Below are positions 48,591 through 60,129 of a stretch of DNA of 64,000 nt, one piece after another. Both the position numbers and the translations under genes were made by a program. Location: assembly GCF_963921235.1 (NCBI RefSeq), contig NC_086108.1, positions 56,856,001-56,920,000 of the forward strand. The letters run 5' to 3'. Positions within the stretch are counted from its first letter, which is position 1, and every line of letters starts with the position of its first letter. This stretch comes from Mobula hypostoma. Lineage: Eukaryota. The notes beneath the pieces were generated by a model that was given only the letters and a program-made list of their open reading frames with translations, ran no database searches and was not told where the DNA came from.

Positions 48591-51282
48591 AAATTTTTAA
48601 CAACTTGAAGTTCCACAAGGCCCAAAATTCAGTTGCTTTGCACACAAGGGATCACAAATACTACACAAATCAAGTCATAGCTCACATTCAGCAGAGCTCT
48701 AATCAAATTATTGGAAAGATGAAATTTCACTGTACATTTACAAACACTCATTTTTGGCTATGAGCAAAGATTAAACCAAAGATTTTGTTCAGAAGGTCAA
48801 GACTTAATTATGGTGCATAAAATCAGAGAACTAAATTCTTCTCATTTATTCAATTTTCCTTGGCGAAAGAGACCAACCAGAAGACTTCAAGACTTCATAA
48901 TTTTTCTGCAACCCAATGAACATCATCCAGCACAAAACAGCCACCTTGTTTGCAACTGACACACCAGTTTACTTACACATTCAATCCTACTGTCATTTAG
49001 ATACAACTAAACATGCCAAAATATATTGCTGCATCTCAAGTTCAGAAAGGTTGGTTTTCCTACTTCTTCCTCACCCTGTGAATTCTCCATTCCAACTAAA
49101 AAGTACTGTACCACAATTCAAAGATTCCCATGACAGTAAATCCCTAACCTGTGGTACCTAACCACAGGACAGCTGGTCAATGAAACCAAGCACTACTCAC
49201 TATTTCCAATTCACTGGGAGATAAAACTAGAACTTTTACTCAAGGACCCCTCAGCATCAACTTAAAAAGTTTTTGGTTAACTACTCAAAAATACTGTAGA
49301 CCATATGGTACTTCAGGCTTGCTTTGTTAGTAACAAAGACTATGGATTAATCCATGTCTAAAGTCTATTTTCCCCATCCCATCTCCCAATCCCCTCAGGA
49401 TCCAAAAATCAATTTTAATCTCACAACTGACCAATCATCCCAAGACAGAAAATTGAGAAGTCTTAAAGGATAAATTTCTCATCTGGACCCCAATAGCCCA
49501 GCCTTCATTTCAAGAGTCTGATCTATTGCTTTGAACTCCCCACTGAAAGAAATTGCCTCTTGGCAACTATTCAGTCAGTCTAAATTCAAATGAGTATACA
49601 CAAATCTCTCAATGCAATTAAAAAGTGGCAACAATTCTTGGTGCAGATTCATTACAACCTTCTCAAAAGGGCATTAAGCACAGGCCTTGTCAGCATCATA
49701 GAAATATTAAAAATGATTATTTTTTAACATTTTAATCCTTTACTACATCTACATCGCCACGTTGTCTCTCCAAAGGGATATTGGCTAGAACCACATGCCG
49801 GTCATGTTACCAATGACAATTTTCCCGAGTGCAATTTGCAGTACAAGCATTCAGAGCATTTAAATGTAATCCTTGAGAAACACAAGAGTAAAAGCCCTAA
49901 TATATGGTGATCAATTTAACATGGTATGAACTATTTCCCACTTCCAAAATCATACCAGTTATTGGCATGTCGCTCTGCTTATACCACTTCTCGCATTTTC
50001 AGCTACATCTGCAAAAGAACAAGTGCCTCTTCTGTCAACTCTTTTGTAACAGCTTCACAAAATAAAGAAGCCATGCATAAAATACACAATTTGCATGCAT
50101 CTTTCCTTGACATAATTTTACTAGCCTGTTTTCACTCAAGAATCGTAGCATTGAAATTATGATGCATGTAGACAAATTAGTTGCAACACAAATGCTTAAC
50201 TGTGATTATCTGAATTTACTGGCTTAACGTGAATAGACTACATTTACTTTTACAACTCAGGCCTGTACTGCAGTCAGTGGAGAAAAGTTGAGATATAAGG
50301 TGGCTAAGTTTAAGTGCTGGTGTATCAGAATGAACCAACTGCTCTTGGATTTGGGACAGACCTATCTGCAGACACAGGGAAGTACAGTAATTTTGGAGCT
50401 GAATTTCAGGTATTGAAATTGGCCCGATCATAAGATCCATTCTGTAGCCATCTTCATTGGCTTTGACTGCATGCTCCTTCTGCACTGGAGTTCCAAGTTA
50501 ATGGGTTACTGTCTGTCTTGAAATTAGACATCAAATTAGATAAAAGTGCCATCACAATAATAACTTCAGAATGCTAACAGCTCAATCATCACGTGAAGAT
50601 GCATCCCGAGTTTCATGTTCTTTCAGCTGCCATCTTTTAATCAAAATGGGAAAAAATCTGTAAAAGATTTAACATTGCTCTTATAATAAATAAATCTATT
50701 AGTCTTTAACCATCAAGATATTCCAAAGGTTCTTTGATCAAAATAACCATTTCTCTATCATGTTAGCTATCCTGCTGGATGTTAATCGCACATTTGGGTA
50801 TTGAACCTTTTGCCAGTCTGGGCAGTGGTTGTGCACTAATTTCTTAATAAAACTTTAAAAAAAAACTATGGTTTAAAGTACTGTGCGAACCCAGTAATGG
50901 AAGTAAAAGCTCATGTGAAACAAACTGAAATGATTCTCTCTCAACTTCAAAAAAATTCCAATGCACTCCTAGACAACTTTGCAATAACTTAAGAACACCA
51001 TTAAATTTACTAATATGCATTTCTGAAAATTTCAGATCCTAGTGCTCAGATGTGGGCCTCAAGAATAAAATAAACAGCAAATACCTTCACAAAATCTACA
51101 ACTCATGGCAAATTTACATGGAAGAAAACAAGCAAGAAAGTCAATTTCCAAATACCCAAACACTTCTGCAGTATATAAACTGCATTTAATGTGATTCTTA
51201 CTATCCTTACCACATGGGGATGTGAAATATCAGAAGACTTTGGACGGTAGGTGATCAAAGCAAAAACGTTTATGGTAATACA

Positions 51283-52876
51283 CACTCAGTGGCCACTTTA
51301 TTGGATACACCTTCCAAGTACTGGGTAGGATCCCCTATGCACCCAAAAAAGCCTGAATTCTTCATGGCATGGATTCAACAAGGTGCTGAAAACATTTGAG
51401 ATTTTGGTCCACATTGACATGATAGTATCATGTAGTTGCTGCAGATTTATGGGCTGTACATTCATGCTGCAAATCTCTCATTCCATATGTGTTCAATTGG
51501 TTTGAGATCTGGTGATTGTGGAGACTGTTGAAGTACACTGAACTCATCATGCCTGTGGAACCAACTTGCAATGACGTGCTGTGACATGACATGGCATGTC
51601 AATGTCATCCCACTGGAACAGCCATTAGAAGTTGGGTAGACTGTGGTCATAAAGGGATGAACATGGTCAGCAACAATACACAGGGGCATTTAAACGATAC
51701 TCGCAACACACACAAAATGCTGGAGGAATTCAGTAGGCCAGGCAGCATCTATGAAAGAGTATAGTCACCTTTTCAGACAGAGACCCTTCATCGGGACTGG
51801 AAGGAAAGAAGAAGAGTCAGAAAGTAAGTGGGGAGGGGAGAGAAGGGAGGAAGAACCACAAGGTGATAGGTGATACCAGGAAGGGGAGGTCGAAGTAAAG
51901 AGCTGGGAAGTTGATTGGTGAAAGAGATATAGGGCTGGAAAAGAGCGAATCCGATGGCAGAGGTCAGAAGACCATGGAAGAAAGGAGGAGGAGCACCAGA
52001 GGGAGGTGATAAGGAGGGAAAGTGAGAGGGAGGTGGGGGGGGGCATTACCTGAAGTTTGAGAAATTGATGTTCATGCCATCAGGTTGGAGGCTATCCAAC
52101 CTGAATGTGGTCTCATCACAACAGTAGAGGCGGCCATGGACTGACATGTCTGAATGGGAATGGGAAGTGGTATTAAAATGGGTGGCCACTGGGAGATCAC
52201 GCTTTTTCTGGCAAACTGAGCGTAAGTGCTCAGTGAAGCGGTTTCTCATTCTGTGTCGAGTTTCACTGACATAGCACAACAGGAGCACTAGTTACTGTAG
52301 ATGATCCCAACAGACTCACAGGTGAAATGCCACCTCACCTGGAAGGACTTTTTGGGGCCCTAACTGGTATTGAGGGAGGTGGTGCGGGGGCAAGTGTGTC
52401 AATTGTTCTGCTTGCAAGGATATGTGCCAGGAGGAAGATCAGTGGAGAGGGCGAATGGACAAGGGATTCGTGTAGGGAAAGATCCCTGCAGAAAGCAGAA
52501 AGTGGGGAGACACAATGTTACAGCAGAAACCCAGATTCCTCAGACCTTGCAATGTTTTTCCCATCTTCAACTGTATTGTAGCCCATTTCATGTTGTTAGC
52601 ATATATGAATGGAACCTGGTGTGGTCTTCTGCTGCTGTAGCCCATCCACCTCAAGGTTCAACATGCTGTGCATTCAGAGATGCTCTTCTGCACACCATTT
52701 TTGTAATGAATGGTTGAGTTACTGTCACTTTCTTGCAAGTTTGAACCAGCCTAGTCATTCTCCTCTGGCCTCACTCATAAACCATATCTGCATACTTTTA
52801 TACAGAGCTGCTGCCACAAGATAGGCTGATTATATGTTTGCATTAACAAGATGTACCTAATAAAGTGGCCACTGTG
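51283..52876 (-). mobile_element. Tc1-like element with a nested PLE fragment
   Basis: TIRs CACTCAGTGGCCACTTTATTGGATACA and TGTACCTAATAAAGTGGCCACTGTG; transposase remnant DHVHPFM..SPQSPDLKPIEHIW. Confidence 0.85.
51702..52508 (-). mobile_element. PLE 3' fragment nested in the Tc1 element, degenerate hammerhead
   Basis: ORF RFTEHLRSVCQKKRDLPVATHFN..QPDGMNINFSNFR; minus strand AGTCCCGATGAAGGGTCTCTGTCTGAAAAGGTGACT. Confidence 0.85.
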
Positions 52877-52878
52877 TA

Positions 52879-54111
52879 CAGTACTATGCAAAAGTCTTAA
52901 GCACATGTATAAGAAAAACTTTAAAGAGAGAATGCTTTCAAAAATAATGAAATGGGAAGTTTATAAATATTAAAACTATCAAGAGCAATAAACAGTTAAA
53001 AAAAAAACACCAAGTCTAATCATTTTTTGGTGTGACAATCCTTTGCCTTTAAAACTGCATCAATTCCCTTAGGTACACTGTCATGTAGTTTTATAAGAAA
53101 ATCACCTGGCGCATTGTTCCAAACATCTTGAAGAACTTGTCACAGTTCTTCTGCAGACTTTGGCTATCTTGTTTGCTTCTGTCTCAACAGGTAATCCACA
53201 CAGCCTTGATCACGTTGAGATCAGGGCTCTGTGGAGGCCATACCATCTGCCGCAGAACTCCTTGAAAATTTTTGACTTGTCAGTCTAGAGCACTTACCAC
53301 CATTGTTCAGCACCCCAGTCTTTGTGTTTGAGTAGGCAAGTCTCTTGGCCTTGTTTCTACTTCAAAGGCATGGCTCTTGCAGCATCTCTACCATGAAGAC
53401 TACTTCTAACAAGACTTCTCTAGATTGCAGGAGTGTACTTGGGTTCCAGTGGTTTCTGAGAGTTCAGAGTTAAAAGTAGTCTGCACTACTTCAAATTTAG
53501 AAGAGATGAAAATTGGGTGCATCTCTTATCTGCTACACTCTAGTTTCTGTGGTCGACCACTGCATTTGTCTCCAACGTTTGCCCGTTTTTCTGCGCTTCT
53601 TCAGAGAGCTTGGACAGCACATCTGGAAACTCCAGTCAGCCACGAAATTTCTACTTGCAGACTTTACTGATGTAGGATGACCTTGTGTCTTATTGCTATG
53701 CTCACTCTTGCCGTGGTGTAAGAATTGATGGTTAAATTGTCACATCTTCACTTTTTGGTTGTTCTTTGCCCAGTTTGATTCTTTCTACACCCGTTTCTGT
53801 TTTAGTTATTCAGTTTAGTTCTTTCAGCTCATATCTCATTATCATTAGCACCTGTTCATTATCTTTGTTTAATCATGCACTCAGCTATATACCTACAAAT
53901 GAATCAACTTTTTATTTGAAAAGTGGTCTCTTACTTAATGTTACTTTCTTTAATGAAACACAAGGATTTCTCGACAACATTTAATATTTTGGAAAATGAA
54001 TGTCTGGAAATCTAATATTTGCTCTTTATTGCTGGCACACTGATGCAGAAGACATAATAAACATCTGAAACATTTTTAATCTAGAATGCCTAAGACTTTT
54101 GCACAGTACTG
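52879..54111 (-). mobile_element. Internally deleted Tc1 transposon with intact ends
   Basis: 25-bp TIR CAGTACTrTGCAAAAGTCTTArGCA (2 mismatches); TA at 52877-52878 and 54112-54113. Confidence 0.9.
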
Positions 54112-55169
54112 TACAGAACTAAAATCCAACAATGAACATTCTGTTGACTGCTTGAAAAACTTCCAAGTCTATACTTGAGTATTAACAATCTACACTAGTG
54201 TAAACCCTAGCTCATAGCAAAAATATACCACAGAAAAGATACAATTTAAAATAAGCATCTAATAATTAGTATAAAGAGCTCCTCTGAATCTCAGGTTGTC
54301 ATATCAGAACTCAAGGATTTTAGCTGACAGGATCCCAGGAGGGTCACCCTATTTGACATAGTGGATTAGCAGTACTCAGATCTTTTTGCTTAACACCACC
54401 GATTCTACATGTATAGCAAAATTCCAACTGATGCCAAGAATACACTTATTTTTAGATCACTTTAGATGGAGAAGACTATTTTAACAATCAAATCCTATGA
54501 TGGGATTAAAAGCAAAAGTCATATTTGGCAATGCATACAACACATTAAGTTTCTAAAATCCCATACACACTTAAAACGAGTTTTAAGATTACAGCGTTTA
54601 ATGTGCATTTAGTAAACGTGCAATAACTTTAATTTGAATAGGACAAGACTGGCAAGATGCATATTATTCGGAAAACACATTGCATTAATTCTAAAAGATG
54701 GAGCAGAAAACATGGTTGCTAAAACAAGATGGTGGCCATTACTTTCAAGTGTCCATAATTGAAAGTGTAGGAAAAGGTGCACCTTATTTCGAACCAATAC
54801 GTTAGCTCGTACAAGCTTCAGAGCAAACCTGAATAGTTATTTCTGTTAAATCGAGTATGTGCACAGAGTGCTACACGTCACCCACGTGCTCCTTCTGGCT
54901 TTACAACTTTATAAATTACAACACTAACTTCAACTAGATTATTCTTTAAAAGTAACTTGCTTCCACAAATTACCTTTCCCGAATTAAAACGAAATAAAGT
55001 AAGCATGAGAGGTAAATGATCAAGGACTGCTTCTGCTTGAGGCGTGAAGTTATGAGGTGTGAAGGAGCTATTTTAATCAGCTCCCAAGCCTGCTTCAGAG
55101 CAACTAGCAGAGTATTGCAAACCTTCTGATCTATTATTTGAAAAAAAATGGACTCGTTCCTAAATTTAG

Positions 55170-56095
55170 AGCGGCGTGGGTATTCGTCTGTAATCCTGAA
55201 CACCAGACCTAATTTTACTGGACAAATGGAAACACGCGGACTTTCCAAGACCAGCCCCACAACCCCTACCCACCCCACCCTCAGCAGGCCTGGGGTGAGT
55301 GCGGGCGACCGGCCCGGTGCACATTTAGAGTGGGGCAGCTCCCTACGCTTCCCCGACACGAGGTTGGCTGGCTGACATTTGCCGTGAGCGGGGCTGAGCC
55401 CGCGGCCTGCTACATCCCGCCTCAAGTGACGAGGGTGATCGGAAGAGCACGGCGGGAGCTCGTATTACCTTCTTTCCTCAAGGTCACAGGCGCCTGAGAC
55501 TCTGGTTTACTGTCGCTGGATGTAACGGGCACCTTCCTATCTTTCTGAGACTCCTTCTTGGGCTGCTGCTTGGAGACTGCCGTCTTGTTGTCTTTCTCCT
55601 TCTTGTCTTTCTTGATCTCGGCCTCCTTCAAAATCTCGAAAGGGTCGGATTCATCATCAAATAGTTGGTCGAACCGATTGGTCACGACACAGCCGAAGCC
55701 TTCCTGTAAGTTCCCGGGCATGATGGGCCCCCTGAACGTTGGATTACGTTCGGATGCTGCGAGGCTGCAGGAACCGATCGGATCCGCCTAAAATGGCCGG
55801 TTAGAGACGGTCTTCTTGCTCGCATTGCATGACGGGCCGCGCCATCCGGGCGAACTCGCGCAGTCCGGACCGCAACGCTCGACGGGAGATGGAGTTCCCA
55901 CTTCTCGGCACTTTCCTGGCGCTCACCCCCGGCGGCACCACAATCCCCGGCGTGCATCGCCTTGTTGTTGCAAAGCCCCGGCGATGCGCAACTGCAACCC
56001 TGCCAAGCACGTTGTGGATGCGCGCCGCATGTCCTGCTGAATAGCGGAGAGCACTTTCGCGGTCCGGGGACTGGGTCTAGAACTTTGAAACCGCG
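55170..56095. promoter_or_regulatory. CpG island and SERBP1 promoter region
   Basis: Sharp rise in GC and CpG content over exon 1 and upstream; YY1-type GCCATTTT on the minus strand near 55790-55797; ZNF143-like motifs in 55821-55955. Confidence 0.85.
55469..55721 (-). CDS. SERBP1: SERBP1 first coding exon ([31 protein letters not shown]...LRKE)
   Basis: N-terminus nearly identical to vertebrate SERBP1; donor G|gtaata; 253 nt, phase 1. Confidence 0.98.
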
Positions 56096-56136
56096 CCAAA
56101 GACTCTGGTGGTGAAGTGTTCCTTCTCAGTCAGTGA

Positions 56137-56172
56137 AGTCCTGACGAAGGGTCTCAGCCTGAAACGTCGACT
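56137..56172 (+). ncRNA. Minimal hammerhead ribozyme motif in a solo PLE pseudo-LTR fragment (about 56118-56258)
   Basis: AGTC-CTGACGA-AGG(GTCTCAG)CCT-GAAAC-GTC-GACT: intact core, stems I and II, ACGU palindrome, GUC triplet. Confidence 0.83.
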
Positions 56173-56790
56173 GCGCCTCTTCCTATAGATGCTGCTTGGC
56201 CTGCTGCGTTCACCAGCAACTTTGATGTATGTTGCTTGAATTTCCAGCATCTGCTGAACCCGCTGCAATGGGGATGAGATTGTCAACCATCTCCTGGGGT
56301 GTGCGTTTTGTCAAGAAGATCGGGAAACAAGCGCAGTGGCCTCAGTTCATCCTATGCAACTGTGTCACTGAATTCTACCGAGCGCACAAACAGCGACCTA
56401 TGGTCACCTGCAGTGGCATAGCTTCCTTTATCAACTATGATGTCCGTGTACCTTCCTTTCCAGAATTTGCCATCTTGGCTGCAAGAAGTATAGCAAAATC
56501 TTGCCATGTCTTGTCATGTATCTTAATGTATTGCCCATCATATGGGTAACCATGGATTGACCCTATACATGGACTCTAGTCCAATATTGTTACCACACCT
56601 ACATCCTACTTGGTTTTCAGTTTTAATAAACAATACGCAAACTTAAAAGCCAGGAATTTTAATAACACAAAAAAAAACACTGCAATGCAACTGCAATAGC
56701 ATAACAGGGTTTTGCTTGGAGACCTATTTACCCCAGGTAGGGTCCTCAACAGTAGAATAATTAGAGTTGGTAAGACAAGACAACATCCCA

Positions 56791-56887
56791 GAAACACACA
56801 CAAAATGCTGCTGGAACTCAACAGGCCAGGCAGCATCTATGGGAAAAATCTATGGATGTCTCGGGCTGAGACCCCTTCAGCAGGACC
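56791..56887 (-). mobile_element. PLE pseudo-LTR fragment with degenerate hammerhead, inverted relative to the 56137 copy
   Basis: ACACACAAAATGCTGCTGGAACTC..CAGCATCTATGG..CTCGGGCTGAGACCCCTTCAGCAGGAC. Confidence 0.8.
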
Positions 56888-56902
56888 AACATCTGAGACA
56901 AT

Positions 56903-57678
56903 GGTGGAGCTGAGGAGACAATGGTGCCTAACAGCGACTCCTTTGCTTGTATCTTTGGAAACAGCTCTATTTCTATCTTTAATATCTCTAGTCTTCCCTT
57001 TCTTTTGAAGACCCGACCTGGAATTACACGCTGACTTCGGTTCTTTGCTGGAATGAGACCCGCTCTTGGGGTCTCACAACTGGCTGTTATTTAATATACC
57101 AAGCATGCGGCTCAGAAGCTTAGTAGGCCTTCAGAATTCCAGGATTCTGTGGCACTGGAGGTGGGCGGACTCGATGCTAGTGCCTCTGCAGGGAATCGGT
57201 GTTTCATGGGAGACGGAAGATCGAAAGCAACAAGCTGGCTGCTGGCTGTGTGCCCAGAGATCCAAGTCTTTGGGCACAGAGCTCGGAAAAGGCGACACAA
57301 CAGACTTTTAACATCATAAATCAGCGAGTTGTTTATTATGCCTCCCCTCTCACTGCGAAATGGAGACAGAGAGCCTGTGGTGTGTCGAAGTACCGGGTGA
57401 ACGTCTCATCTTAGGGATACTGCAAGTCTGTGTCTTTATAGATGCTTTGCTGCTCAGTGCGGGGTGCCAATGCTTTTTTTTTGCTGGTGGGGGAGGGGGG
57501 ATCATTGCTGTTGCTTACAAGTGAGAGGGAGGAGCTGGGGGGCTTTGGGATTGTAACGCATAACTGTCGTTCATACTTTGGGGCACTCCTCTGTTTTGTG
57601 GATGGTTGTGAAGAAAAAGCATTTCAGGATGTATATTATATACATTTCTCTGACATTAAATGTACCTTTGAAACTATT
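56903..57678 (+). mobile_element. ~780-bp interspersed repeat, copy 2 (homologous to 34972-35770)
   Basis: Colinear similarity throughout, e.g. AAACAGCTCTATTT, TTGGGCACAGAGCT, CAGACTTTTAAC. Confidence 0.75.
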
Positions 57679-59374
57679 ACCACCCTCATCTTTGAGCAAA
57701 GATATCTCAGTCTACTAGGTAAACTAGAAGAGGTCAAGGCAAATTTAAATCCATGCAACCGGGAAAAAAAATGCAAAAAAATCTAATACAGCATCATCAA
57801 ATAGGAAAGAAGATCAAAAGAGGACGTGTTCCAATTGCAATGACTAAACAACTGATGTCAAAATACTCTTGAGTTCGAGCTCAGTATATAATAAAGAGGG
57901 TCAAATGAACACAATCTCATTATTATTTGAAAGCAGACATCTGACAAGGAAACATCTGTCCTCCATATGGGAGGGGACTTAGAAGACAGGAAGGCTGTTT
58001 GTACCGATAAGGGTCAATCACCATTTAAACTAAGCGATTACCGAACATTTTCTGGTGCACCTCTCGTGACCTTTGTCACCTACAAAGATCAGCGGGACAC
58101 AAAAGCCCGAACAAGTCAAGCACCCCTGGATATGGTAATGGTAACTAGAGTGTGTCTGAAAGGGACAGTTCATTGAAGTATATCTCCAATCAGAGTTAAA
58201 GCAGCAAGAATGAGAAACAATTTCCTTGAAATTGGCAACGTTCTTAAGGGGCTGGCAGGGCAAAGGCATGAATGGTGATTCCCTTTTCAAGAGTATCTAG
58301 AACCAGCTATCACAATCTTACAATGAAGTGTCAACCATTCAGGACATAAAGGAGAAAAAGATTCTTCACCTAGTGGGCAGTAAATACGTGGATTTCTCTC
58401 ACAGTGTCTGGAGGCTCTATCGTTGATTATATCCAATTCAGAGATCGATAGATCACATTTTTAGATCTTAAGGGAATCAAGGCACATGGAATCAATACAG
58501 GAGAGTGACGTTGGTAGAAGGTCTGTCATGATCTCATTGAACGGAAGAGAGACATATAGGTTTCTGTTTTTATGGCGTTGTGGCAATTTAGTATGCTGCA
58601 ATTGCTCATCGCACTTCGGCATGGACAGTCCCAAGCCCGGCTGTGAAAAGAGTAGGATTACATGTAGGGCGAGGGGGGTGAGGGGTGGATAAGCTTAAGG
58701 AAGAAAGTAAGTAATTGCTCATACATCTTATTATGTGGATGTATATTCCACATCTGACTGAAAAAATATGAGCTAAACTACTTCTTAAAGCATCTTCACT
58801 GCCACATTGAGATGGAATGATACACGTCCCATTTGTGAATCTGAGAATAATTCAGTTCCCAGGCAACCTCCCACTATTCTGCCTTTCAGATATTACAATT
58901 ATGGATGTAGAAGGTCATTTGGCTCACCTAAGTTTGATTGAAATTACATCTGTCTGAACTGTGTCAGTTTGACTTGTTGAGTACTTCCAGTATTTTCCAA
59001 TTCATTTCATATTTCCAAAATGTGCAGCACTTTGTTTTTCAATCATTGGACCCATCTTAATCTGTACATCAAAACCCTAAAAGAGCATCTTCCCTATTCT
59101 TCCCTTATATTCACTTAGCCTAGTTCTATGCTGTTGACTCATTTCTTTGGTACAGGGAACCATTTTGTCATCCCTTGGTTGACTGCCTCCGGTGCTTGAG
59201 TATCACAACTGCTAGAAATGGGCTTAGAATTTAAGTGTATATTGTAGTGTCTGACGACTGATCTACTTTGTTGAATATCATGTTATCTGCCACTAGGAGA
59301 CAGACTGGGAGTAGACTTGATGGTCATGTTCCAGGAATAATTGTGAATTAATTTTTATTTGAGATGCTGTTTTT

Positions 59375-59962
59375 ATCAATCACCAGAAAGTCACCTACAT
59401 TAGAAGATTGGCATGAAATCATTTTGGAAATATTTAAAATGGAAAAGATGACCTACTCTCTGAGAATTCAAAAGGAAAATTTTTTATCAAATTTGGAATA
59501 AATGGATTAAATTTATAACCCCAGAGTGAGCAGATATTAGATGACTCTCCGAATGGTTTATACTGTTTGTCTCACCAACGTAGTAATAGTGTTTCCGTAA
59601 GCACCCTTGGCTCGAATGTTTACTGTTCTTTTTGTTTTTGGAAAATGTGGAATTAACACAAGTAAAGAAAAGATCTGGGGAAATTTTGGACCAGAAGAGA
59701 TACATGGAAATTAGTATTCAACCACTATTAATATTTTTATAACAACTATTATCATTATTTAGTTTAATAGTGGAATTACAATTGCACATAAACATCTATT
59801 TGAGTGCCTAATTATTTTCTATATTATCTCAATGTGCACTTGTGAATGTACAAATTAATATAGATTTACTCACAAAAAAATGGAAAAGTTATATATGTAA
59901 AAAAAAGTTTGTGTATTACTTGTGAATACCTTATCCAAATAAAAATAATTTTTTTTAAAAAA
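59375..59962 (+). mobile_element. 5'-truncated L1/Tx1-like LINE 3' end, same family as 20551-22246
   Basis: Highly similar to about 21635-22240; perfect 14-bp TSD GAGATGCTGTTTTT (59361-59374 and 59963-59976). Confidence 0.92.
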
Positions 59963-60129
59963 GAGATGCTGTTTTTCTTTATTGCAGCATTTTACATGAG
60001 TATATTATGTTTCATATAATATTCTCATCAATGATAATTTGGCAATAACTGTCTTTCTTTTCACTTAAGGACCACGGTTGTTGATAATCATTACATGAGA
60101 AGACCAAATTTCACATATCCACGTTTGTT

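Noticed and set aside
54970..56044. Several overlapping ORFs around exon 1
   Set aside because: Expected from stop-poor CpG-island sequence; only the SERBP1 frame has recognisable homology.
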